Under the pieces are notes generated by a model. The model was not told the origin of the DNA and made no database searches. It worked only from the letters and a program-made list of their open reading frames with translations. Shown in pieces: positions 31,334 to 39,544 of a stretch of DNA of 64,000 nucleotides. The stretch's first letter is position 1; each line of letters starts with the position of its first letter. Source of the stretch: a virus. The stretch is taken from the IMG/VR virus record IMGVR_UViG_3300044716_000732, positions 1 to 64,000 of that record. One strand, given 5' to 3'. Position numbers and translations under genes: made by a program.

Positions 31334-32284
31334 ATGTTTAATAAAAATACAGAGTTCAATATCAGCAAAGCACATTCCCGTTTCAAAGTAGCTCGCTCTA
31401 TCAAAGCGGATGGAAACCACAACAAAGTAATTCACTATCTTGGAGGGGTTTCTACCAAAACCCATTTCGAGGATTACTTCTCTAAAGAGAACACCACATT
31501 CGTTCGATATGAGATGGATAAATGTGATCGTCCTAATAATTATTGCCATGCTTGGAATATGGTTCTTTCTCCTGCTGATGCTCGTTACACATTCCACATG
31601 GAATTAACTAAAAAGACACCAGAGCAATATGGTTATTTTGTGAACGAAAATTTTTACACCGAGGTTCAAAAGTTCATGCAAGTCGAAGAAATAATTTGCA
31701 AAAAGAATTATTTCTGGATTGATTTGTGCGGAATGCCAAGTGATTCAAATATCTCCGAAATCAATGATTTTGTTAAATCTTACAATAATTTTGCGGAGGA
31801 AATCTATGTGACTTTTTTCTTGAATCCCAGAAAAGAAAAGGATGCTGCACAAGCAGTCAACCGATATGGCAAATCTCTCAAAGATAGAGCACGATCAGCT
31901 TGTGACACGCTCAAAGAAAAAATTTCTGTTGACATATATTCTTTCTCCGTGTTAGATATATACACCAACGGAAAAGCACCGATGGCAGTAATCAAAATGA
32001 AAAAGAAAATGAAAAAGACAAAAACCAAAATCAGCAAAAACCCAATCTGCAACTCTGAGAACTATGCTCTGATGCGCGACAAGGGATTCACCAACCTCGA
32101 AATCCAGACCATGTGGGGAGTGCCACAAATGGCAGTAGCCGCATATCAAGCATGGAACACGATGGGAGGGAAGACATGGAATGACCAGCAACGCGAACTC
32201 GAAACGATTCGCCTTGGCCGTCGAGTCTGCAAGAACACCATCACTCTGGACGATGAACACGATCCAGAAAATGGAATGATCTAA
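31334..32284 (+). CDS. hypothetical early protein
   Basis: 316-aa ORF bounded by a promoter and a terminator. Confidence 0.75.
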   Translation: MFNKNTEFNISKAHSRFKVARSIKADGNHNKVIHYLGGVSTKTHFEDYFSKENTTFVRYEMDKCDRPNNYCHAWNMVLSPADARYTFHMELTKKTPEQYGYFVNENFYTEVQKFMQVEEIICKKNYFWIDLCGMPSDSNISEINDFVKSYNNFAEEIYVTFFLNPRKEKDAAQAVNRYGKSLKDRARSACDTLKEKISVDIYSFSVLDIYTNGKAPMAVIKMKKKMKKTKTKISKNPICNSENYALMRDKGFTNLEIQTMWGVPQMAVAAYQAWNTMGGKTWNDQQRELETIRLGRRVCKNTITLDDEHDPENGMI

Positions 32285-32293
32285 ACCTCAACC

Positions 32294-32324
32294 GAGGGGA
32301 GTCGAAAGACTCCCCTCTTTTTTT
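32294..32324 (+). terminator. intrinsic terminator, copy 2
   Basis: GAGGGGAGTC-GAAA-GACTCCCCTC plus T tract. Confidence 0.85.
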
Positions 32325-32602
32325 GTCAACAGATATTTCTCTTGTCATACAAAACCCTCCATATTGTTTTGTCATACGAAACCATCCCAACTCCAAGAGC
32401 CAGAAATAGTTTTGTATGACAGAAGAAAAAAACCTTGACAGAAACAAAAAAGTTGATCTCCGAGTTTTGTATGACAGGAGAAAAAAATAAAAATTTTTGT
32501 TGCGGTGTTCGGTGATTGTGGTAGAGTGAATACATCTTCAAACGAGGATACGGAGCAAAGCCAGCCGATCAAGTGGCAAGGGGCGGAAATCCCCAAAACA
32601 AA

Positions 32603-33058
32603 ATGAACATCGCAGAAATCAAAAACATCCTGTCAACTCGCAAAGGTTCCAACCTCTCTGCCATCTTTGGCAAGGAACTCAAGACTCGCAAAGGAGTCAC
32701 CGATTGCGTGGAGAAAGTCACCTCCATCGTTGTGCGTGGTGGAATCGAATACGACAACCAGAAGGTTGTCATCGAAGGCAGGGAAGATGGCACATTGCCA
32801 TCGGAGAATGCAGGTCTTCCTTGGGGACAATGGGCTGAATATCCTTTCCACATTGAACACAAGGGGACTGATTATGTCCGCTTCTACTCTGCCAGCGGAA
32901 TCGCTTTTGAGCCAAAGGTGGAATACTACCTCAACGGAATCCTTGTGGATAAGGCACAAGTTCAACCACTCTGCCTCGCCAGCGAGTTTCCTAATCGTCA
33001 AGACGCACCTCTGGCGATGACGGTGAAAGCCGAGAATGTCAAGGCAATTATTATCTGA
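32603..33058 (+). CDS. conserved hypothetical phage protein
   Basis: GIEYDNQK...LPWGQW...HKGTDYVR; C-ending codon bias. Confidence 0.75.
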   Translation: MNIAEIKNILSTRKGSNLSAIFGKELKTRKGVTDCVEKVTSIVVRGGIEYDNQKVVIEGREDGTLPSENAGLPWGQWAEYPFHIEHKGTDYVRFYSASGIAFEPKVEYYLNGILVDKAQVQPLCLASEFPNRQDAPLAMTVKAENVKAIII

Positions 33059-33110
33059 TTCAATCGGGGGAGGGAAAATCGGTTCCCTCCCCCACAACCA
33101 AAAAATCAAA

Positions 33111-33260
33111 ATGAAAGCAATCACAAAAATCCTCTCGATCCTTTTTCCCTTCAAAGAACTCAACGGAAAGCCAAGCGTGTTCATTCAAGACACATGGCTG
33201 GAAAAGAATACTCGCCCATTGCAAGTCAAGGAATATCTCTGGCATCCTTCAAGAATTTAG
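33111..33260 (+). CDS. small hypothetical protein
   Basis: 49-aa ORF followed by a hairpin. Confidence 0.5.
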   Translation: MKAITKILSILFPFKELNGKPSVFIQDTWLEKNTRPLQVKEYLWHPSRI

Positions 33261-33509
33261 GTGGTGGTCGTCATAGCCGAGGGGGAGGTGTGGTAGCCTC
33301 CCCCTCATTTTTCTGTCAATAAAAAATTGTATTGTCATACGAAACTATTCTGATTGACATCGCAATTTGCGATACCAAAAGGTTTTGTATGACAGAAGAA
33401 AAAAAACTTGACAGAATCTTTTTTGTTGATCTCAGAGTTTTGTATGACAGGAGAAAAAGATAAAAATTTTTATTGCCATGTTCAATCGGTGTGATAAATT
33501 GATTGCCTT

Positions 33510-34154
33510 ATGACCGCACCTTACAAAACTGCCAAGCAAGCCGAAGCAATCACTCACTCTCTTTCGTCACCCTCGAAAATGCCTTGTCATGGATATTCAA
33601 CTCCAGCTTCTCGCTGTATTACTGGTGGCAAATTACGCAAGGTGGCAAATTCAATTTGCTCCGTGTGCTATGCCATGAAGGGTCGATATGTTTTTGACAA
33701 TGTTCTAAACGCAATGGAAAAACGATTCCAGTCTCTTTTCAATTCCAAGTGGGAAGACGCAATCGTTTTTCTGATTGGAAAGAAAGAGAAAAGCGGATTT
33801 TTTCGCTGGCATGATTCTGGCGATTTACAAGGCACTTGGCATTTGCAGAAAATTGTCAATGTTGCCAATCGTTTGCCAATGATCAAATTCTGGCTTCCAA
33901 CTCGTGAGATTTCAATCGTGAGCGATTGGGTGAATGCTGGCAATAAGATTCCCGACAATCTCACGATTCGCTTATCCGCTTTCATGCTGGATGGCCAGCC
34001 TCCGATTGCTGCTGCTAATCGCCTTGGCTTGTGCGTGAGCGGTGCAAGTGATACAGATTACAATTGTCCTTCGTCCAAGCAAGAGGGAAAATGCGGTGAT
34101 TGTCGCAATTGCTGGAACAAGGAAATCTTTCAGGTGAATTACAAAAAGCATTAA
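33510..34154 (+). CDS. gp88-like protein (Cys-rich, radical-SAM-related fold)
   Basis: SKMP...C.TG.KL...CSVCYA...FRWHDSGD...CGDCRNCW. Confidence 0.8.
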   Translation: MTAPYKTAKQAEAITHSLSSPSKMPCHGYSTPASRCITGGKLRKVANSICSVCYAMKGRYVFDNVLNAMEKRFQSLFNSKWEDAIVFLIGKKEKSGFFRWHDSGDLQGTWHLQKIVNVANRLPMIKFWLPTREISIVSDWVNAGNKIPDNLTIRLSAFMLDGQPPIAAANRLGLCVSGASDTDYNCPSSKQEGKCGDCRNCWNKEIFQVNYKKH

Positions 34155-34428
34155 GTGGTGACATAGGCAGAAGCGGACATCCAAAAGGGTGTCCGCTTTC
34201 TGCTGTCAAGAATTATTTGTATTGTCATACAAAACCAACCCCCTGTTTCCACAGCACTCCCTGTTTCCCTGCAACATCGTGTTGCAATGACACACGCACA
34301 GGCGCACACGCTCGCATTACACGCACAGGAGAAGGCGTGTGCTCATGTGTAGGCGTGTTTTGTATGACAGGAGAAATAGTTAAAATAGTTCTTGCGATTA
34401 GATTCTCCTGTGGTATCTTGATTGCCTT

Positions 34429-34701
34429 ATGACCACACTACAAGCACCACACCACACAGTCCTATTCAACATCGCTGGCTTGACTCTTATCAAGATGACC
34501 ATCGAAGACCTCGACGAAGTCTACTCGGTTATCGAATGCACCATGAACGGCGATGGACTCTACGAGGGAGCTAACAAGGAGACGATTCTTGAGGCTTACT
34601 ACGATCAGGAATTGGCTGAAGTCTACGGACTGAACTGGGTCAACCTCATCTCTGGCATCATGCAAGAGACAGGCATGATTGAGAAGTATATCAAAAGCTA
34701 A
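34429..34701 (+). CDS. hypothetical acidic early protein (single-gene cassette)
   Basis: shares the TTGATTGCCTTATGACC start region with 33510. Confidence 0.7.
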   Translation: MTTLQAPHHTVLFNIAGLTLIKMTIEDLDEVYSVIECTMNGDGLYEGANKETILEAYYDQELAEVYGLNWVNLISGIMQETGMIEKYIKS

Positions 34702-34712
34702 CATCAACCAGA

Positions 34713-34745
34713 GGGAGGGAGTCGAAAGACTCCCTCCTTTCTTTT
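34713..34745 (+). terminator. intrinsic terminator, copy 3
   Basis: GGAGGGAGTC-GAAA-GACTCCCTCC plus T tract. Confidence 0.85.
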
Positions 34746-34960
34746 GTCATACGAAACTTGTATTGTCATACAAAACCCAATCCCTGTTTCCATGCCACTC
34801 CCTGTTTCCCTGCCATATCGTGTATGGATTCAGCACCAATTGTCTGACATTCTTTTTTAAAGTTTTTGTTGCCATGTTCGGCGTTTGTGTTATTCTGTTT
34901 GCAGATCGAAGGCAATCACGCCGACGACAAAAAAAATCCACTACCACTACTACTACTACT

Positions 34961-35188
34961 ATGGCTCGACCACTCAAAACCAAATCACCACTCGGCGCAA
35001 TGAACTCGGTGCGCTTCGCATTGTCCCTCGACTCAATGCTTTGCAAAGATTCAGAGGCTCGCGGCATCAGCAAGAGCGACATCATTCGGGCAGCTCTCGA
35101 AGCGTATTATGCTCCTGCTGTGAAGGTTGCGCAAGTGACCGTACCAGCTAAGGCAAAGGCTAAAGCCAAGGCAAAGGCAAAAGCTTAA
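34961..35188 (+). CDS. ribbon-helix-helix (CopG-like) DNA-binding protein with AK-rich tail
   Basis: NSVRF beta strand, GISKSDIIRAALEAY helix pattern, (AK)n C-terminus. Confidence 0.75.
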   Translation: MARPLKTKSPLGAMNSVRFALSLDSMLCKDSEARGISKSDIIRAALEAYYAPAVKVAQVTVPAKAKAKAKAKAKA

Positions 35189-35205
35189 CAGCCAAGGGTT
35201 TACGA

Positions 35206-35237
35206 AGACCACCTCGAAAGAGGTGGTCTTTTTTTTA
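35206..35237 (+). terminator. intrinsic terminator
   Basis: AGACCACCTC-GAAA-GAGGTGGTCT plus T tract. Confidence 0.85.
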
Positions 35238-35364
35238 TTGGCATGGAATTTGATCCAAGCAGTTTTTGTGCCAAGTGTCCAGAAAAAAAGTTTTATTTTA
35301 AGACCCACCCTGCGAAAATTGTCTGACAAAAAAAGACTTGACAGAAAAAAGTTTCTGGGCAATG

Positions 35365-35447
35365 CCCCCCCTACCTATATATGGGGGGGTACTCCCTATA
35401 TATAGGGGGTAAGCCATATAAGGGGGTACTCTGTATATACAGGGTAC
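35365..35447. repeat. cluster of TATA-centred palindromes with G/C runs
   Basis: CCCTATATATAGGG at 35394-35407; GTACTCTGTATATACAGGGTAC at 35426-35447. Confidence 0.8.
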
Positions 35448-36052
35448 TACTCTTCCAATAGATTGGGTTTTGTAAAAATATTTTTAAACTCTATAGATTT
35501 TTTAAGATGAGAAATCATTTCATTCTTTGAAAGATTCTCCCACCACCATAGAGGTTGCAAGTTTGTGTAGTGAAAACATTCCTCTTGTTGTTTGGGATCT
35601 GATAGATCAAAAGCTATGCAAGGTTTGATGTGGTCCAAATGCCAACCATATTGACCATAATTCATCCACACCATTCCTTGTTTAAATCTACTTTCCATAT
35701 AATCCATAAAGTATTCTATAGAACATCCTAATAATTCTAAATACTTTTCACTTTTTTTCGCTTTTTGAGCTTTTAATGCCAGAACGTATCTCCCATTAAG
35801 ATTACGCATCATTTGATATTTTATACCTGTGCCTTTACCATATTTTCTTTTATTTTTGTAACCTGTCTTTTTTCTCCATTTTTTACATATTTGAGAATGT
35901 TTTTTTTTATCTTCCAATGTTCTATTTTGTTGTATTCTTTTGGAAATGTTTCTGGCATTTTGTTTTTGACATTCTTTGCCACAAAGTTTTGATTTCCAGA
36001 CACCCAAGAATTCTTTATTACATATAATACAATTTTTACTATAAGTCTTCAT
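35447..36052 (-). CDS. HNH homing endonuclease, copy 2
   Basis: WHLDHIKPCIAFDLSDP...CFHYTNLQPLWW. Confidence 0.85.
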   Translation of the reverse strand: MKTYSKNCIICNKEFLGVWKSKLCGKECQKQNARNISKRIQQNRTLEDKKKHSQICKKWRKKTGYKNKRKYGKGTGIKYQMMRNLNGRYVLALKAQKAKKSEKYLELLGCSIEYFMDYMESRFKQGMVWMNYGQYGWHLDHIKPCIAFDLSDPKQQEECFHYTNLQPLWWWENLSKNEMISHLKKSIEFKNIFTKPNLLEE

Positions 36053-36075
36053 ATCTCTATATACCCCCCCCTTCC

Positions 36076-36576
36076 TTAAACTTCTCTCTTGTTTTCCAAA
36101 AGTATTTTAAAATCTATTAGATCTTTAATTTTTGTATTATATGTATCTTCCTTAAATGTCATCATGTTTGATGTATCCGTATAACCTTTTTTATATAGTG
36201 TGGCATTTTCGAAAAACTTTTTCTTATTGATTATTCCGCATATCCATCCTGTTTCCAAATTATCCAATATTCTTACAAAAACATAAAAGTCACACTTTTG
36301 TCTTGTATTATATGCCGCAACCGAGCATTCATAATAATCTTTTGGTTTACTGGTACATTTTTTAGATTTTACATCAATTTTTACATTTCCCTTTACTAAA
36401 TCATAATCATAGGTATTTTCTATTTTTGCCTTTAAAAAATCGGCAACCATAATTTCTCCCAAGAATCCTATAATATTCCCCTGCCCTTTCATGAAGGAAT
36501 GTTTTAATACTCCCAATTCTTTGGATTTTTTCTCTGCTTCTTTAATCCATTCCTTTTCTATTCTAACTTCTACCAT
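36076..36576 (-). CDS. PD-(D/E)XK nuclease-like protein
   Basis: GFLGE...YDYD...IDVKSK...DFYVF. Confidence 0.7.
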   Translation of the reverse strand: MVEVRIEKEWIKEAEKKSKELGVLKHSFMKGQGNIIGFLGEIMVADFLKAKIENTYDYDLVKGNVKIDVKSKKCTSKPKDYYECSVAAYNTRQKCDFYVFVRILDNLETGWICGIINKKKFFENATLYKKGYTDTSNMMTFKEDTYNTKIKDLIDFKILLENKREV

Positions 36577-36620
36577 TTACATATGGTAAAAGAAAATAAT
36601 AAAAAAATCAAATATTATTT

Positions 36621-36968
36621 TTAAATATTTGGGTTTCTCAAAAGATCAAAAAGTTGTAGAATAAGATTATCCTTTAATACCCAATTCTCTTCGTTTTCTT
36701 CTCCCTTTTGATTTAGATGGTTTAATAGTTCTCTGGCATCATTCTCTGATAAGCCCTGTAATAAATCTCCCTGTTCTACCGAAGGATTTGGTCTTCCTAA
36801 TCCTATTTCCAATTGTGAAAACTTATTATTTGATGTTTCTTCTGATTCTACGGAATTGTCTTCCAAACCTAGTTGATCATTTTCACCAGATGCAACATAT
36901 TCGGATTGGTTTTCTTTTAAAATATTGGAATATGCTTCTACAAGCATCAAGGTATCTTTGTTCTTCAT
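36621..36968 (-). CDS. hypothetical protein with KD..ML.EAY N-terminal tag
   Basis: MKNKDTLMLVEAYSNILKE. Confidence 0.7.
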   Translation of the reverse strand: MKNKDTLMLVEAYSNILKENQSEYVASGENDQLGLEDNSVESEETSNNKFSQLEIGLGRPNPSVEQGDLLQGLSENDARELLNHLNQKGEENEENWVLKDNLILQLFDLLRNPNI

Positions 36969-36981
36969 TTTATATATTTAT

Positions 36982-37107
36982 CTAAACAATAAACCAATCT
37001 GGAGTATTTCCCATCTTCCATTTGGAAAATTCCTTTTTGTCCTTGATATAATAGGTTCGATATGCCTTGACCGGATCAGCGTCTTTGTATTCTTCTGGCA
37101 TTGCTTG
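36982..37107 (-). pseudogene. orphan duplicate 3' end of the DenV-like glycosylase gene
   Basis: translates to QAMPEEYKDADPVKAYRTYYIKDKKEFSKWKMGNTPDWFIV*, homologous to the C-terminus of 37647..38195. Confidence 0.85.
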
Positions 37108-37123
37108 TGAGGTAAATATTATT

Positions 37124-37708
37124 ATGAATAATAAAAGACAATGTACTATATGTCAAAATATATTTCCAGCAACTACTGAATATTTTCATAAATCTAATAC
37201 CTCCAAATGCGGACTTCATAGTAGATGTAAATCATGTAAGAAATTATTAGAAACGGAAAGAAGAAAGAAAAATCCAGAAAAAGCATTATTGAAAGACAAA
37301 TTTTTTAGAGAAAAATATAAAGACAAAAGAGTATCTTATATAAAAGATTACGCTCAAAAAAATAAAAAAAGATTAAACGAAAAAAGAAAAAAAAGATACC
37401 ATAATGATCCAAAATATAAAATGAAACAAATATTGAGAGGTAGATTTTATGGCGTTATTATTAAAAAATACCAATCTTCTATGGAATTTGGATGTTCTAT
37501 TGAAGAGTTATGTTTATACATAGAATCAAAATTTTCAAATGGAATGTCGTGGGAAAACCATGGAGAATGGCATATAGACCATATCAAACCCTGTTGTGCT
37601 TTTGATCTTACTGATCCAGAACAACAAAGAGAGTGTTTTCATTATTCTAATCTTCAACCATTGTGGGCTGTTGATAATTTGAAGAAAAACGGTAAATACC
37701 CTCAATAA
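37124..37708 (+). CDS. HNH homing endonuclease, copy 3
   Basis: N-terminal CxxC...CxxC; WHIDHIKPCCAFDLTDP...NLQPLW. Confidence 0.85.
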   Translation: MNNKRQCTICQNIFPATTEYFHKSNTSKCGLHSRCKSCKKLLETERRKKNPEKALLKDKFFREKYKDKRVSYIKDYAQKNKKRLNEKRKKRYHNDPKYKMKQILRGRFYGVIIKKYQSSMEFGCSIEELCLYIESKFSNGMSWENHGEWHIDHIKPCCAFDLTDPEQQRECFHYSNLQPLWAVDNLKKNGKYPQ

Positions 37709-38195
37709 ACCAAGATGGTGTGGGTCGTCCTTTTTCCCATTTTGCAAAATTTGATTTTTCTTTAATATAATAAGTTCTATATGACTCTACTATATTTTTT
37801 GATTTATATTGATCAGGCATAGCACAAGGTTGATCTGTAAACTTCCCATCTGGAATAAGATAATCCATATTACATAATTTTTCAATTCCCTTCTGACATG
37901 AATGAATTTTACAATACCTTCTTGTGTATTCATTACAAAGCTCAAGAGCATGAATAGACGCCCAATTAAAATTTTCTCTTGAATCTCCACACCATCTTGT
38001 ACATGGATGATTGTGATATCCCCCTTTTAGTGGTGTTCCTTTTGCTGTTAATGGCATCATATCACTTGTTGCCCCATGTCTAATTACAGCACTTCCAAGT
38101 TGTTGAAAAAGTTCAACTACCATTTTTGAAGAATGTTTATCACAATGATATTGAGCAGCTTTGATTGGGCAGTTATCAAGAATAAAAATATTCAT
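37647..38195 (-). CDS. pyrimidine-dimer DNA glycosylase (DenV-like family)
   Basis: MNIFILD...AAQYHCDKH..KM..E..Q...HNHPCT.W...EYT.RY.K.H. Confidence 0.8.
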   Translation of the reverse strand: MNIFILDNCPIKAAQYHCDKHSSKMVVELFQQLGSAVIRHGATSDMMPLTAKGTPLKGGYHNHPCTRWCGDSRENFNWASIHALELCNEYTRRYCKIHSCQKGIEKLCNMDYLIPDGKFTDQPCAMPDQYKSKNIVESYRTYYIKEKSNFAKWEKGRPTPSWFIEGIYRFSSNYQQPTMVED

Positions 38196-38247
38196 ATGAT
38201 GAGATTACATTGAGAAAACTTTCCAGTCAAGCATAAATATTCTTTAT

Positions 38248-38481
38248 ATGAATTTTGATTACATGGTGGAAAAATATAAAAGAATGTCCGCTGGAATGGA
38301 CGAGGAAGATATTGCAAAAAAAGACATGGTTCCGGTTTCAACTATTAAGAAACAAATAAAGATGGGAAAGAAAGTTGAAACAGAACATGGAGTAAACATG
38401 AAAAAAGCCAAAAAAATTGCAATGGATCATCTTGCAGAAAATCCTAAGTATTATACAAAGTTAAAGAAAGCAAAATTATAA
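38248..38481 (+). CDS. DUF5661-like small protein
   Basis: G.KVE.EH...A.KIAMDHL.E.P.YY.KL. Confidence 0.75.
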   Translation: MNFDYMVEKYKRMSAGMDEEDIAKKDMVPVSTIKKQIKMGKKVETEHGVNMKKAKKIAMDHLAENPKYYTKLKKAKL

Positions 38482-38951
38482 TGAGAAGCAAGGATCAAAT
38501 ATTACTGGAGAATTTATATGATTCCATATCAAATGATAAATTCTCTTATCCTTTGATTGTTTTTCACGGAACCGATTTAAATTCCGCAAAAGATATTAAA
38601 CAAAACGGTTTAGATTTAAGTAAATGTGATAGAGGATATTTCGGAAAAGCCTTTTATGTTACTACTGATGAACAATTAGCAATGAGTAATTATGCCGATT
38701 TTTCTGGAGACGAAGAAGGTGGTGTTGTTTTAAAATTTGAAATGAATCCGGATAATAGGATATTGGATTTAAGAAATTCTGATGATTGGAATTTTTATAC
38801 AAATTTAAAATATAAAGGAAGAGAGATAAGAATTTTTATGGGGTTTGATGAATTTCCATCGATTATGAAATTTCTTGGTGTTGATGCATTATATGATAGA
38901 TCTAATGATGCTTTTGCAGTTTATAATGTAAATATATTAAAAATATTATGA
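38481..38951 (+). CDS. putative ADP-ribosyltransferase-fold protein with KDQILLE tag
   Basis: FHGT...I...G.......FG.AFY.T.....A..YA motif. Confidence 0.65.
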   Translation: MRSKDQILLENLYDSISNDKFSYPLIVFHGTDLNSAKDIKQNGLDLSKCDRGYFGKAFYVTTDEQLAMSNYADFSGDEEGGVVLKFEMNPDNRILDLRNSDDWNFYTNLKYKGREIRIFMGFDEFPSIMKFLGVDALYDRSNDAFAVYNVNILKIL

Positions 38952-39070
38952 AATCATTTGAAAAATTTTTTACAGAAGCATGTTGGAAAAATTACAAACA
39001 AGAAGGGATGAAGAAAAAAGGAAAAAGAATGGTTCCTAATTGTGTTCCAAAAAAGAAAAAGAAAAAATGA
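38948..39070 (+). CDS. small CW..Y...G..VPNCV protein typical of T4-like phages
   Basis: MKSFEKFFTEACWKNYKQEGMKKKGKRMVPNCVPKKKKKK (below the ORF-track cutoff). Confidence 0.8.
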   Translation: MKSFEKFFTEACWKNYKQEGMKKKGKRMVPNCVPKKKKKK

Positions 39071-39543
39071 TTTGTTTTAAAAAATATTTTCTTCTAGAAT
39101 CGCCAGAATATATTGATGGTGTTTATGATAGAACGATGTATGATTTTATATATTTTATAGGAGATTCAGAAGGAGTTTTTTTAGCACCATATAATACTGG
39201 AAGAGAATCACATTCATATGTTTTTAGAGAGCTTAGACAAAGAGGAATTATAAATAAAAATTATAATGTTGTGTACCCAATAGAAAACAATGATGATATT
39301 AAAGTTTTGGGAAATCCCAAAAAAATAGATTTTAATTATTCTGGTGTCATTTTACCAAAACAAGAAGATATCGATTCCACATATATATCGTATTGGACAA
39401 AGGAATCTTTTTTAAAATTGAATGATATAATTTTACCTTATGTTAAAAAGAATATGCCATCTCCATATGCTATGGAATATGTAAAAAAAGAAATTCAATT
39501 AGATGATGGTGGTCCAAAAACAGAAGTTATAAGAATTAAATAA
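39067..39543 (+). CDS. hypothetical protein with M..FKKYF.LE tag
   Basis: ATGA overlap with the previous gene. Confidence 0.7.
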   Translation: MICFKKYFLLESPEYIDGVYDRTMYDFIYFIGDSEGVFLAPYNTGRESHSYVFRELRQRGIINKNYNVVYPIENNDDIKVLGNPKKIDFNYSGVILPKQEDIDSTYISYWTKESFLKLNDIILPYVKKNMPSPYAMEYVKKEIQLDDGGPKTEVIRIK

Positions 39544-39544
39544 T

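Noticed and set aside
22452-33413. TTGACA inside the 55-bp units as promoters
   Set aside because: No good -10 at 16-18 bp; the TGACA lies 19 bp from the motif core and fits better as a second half-site
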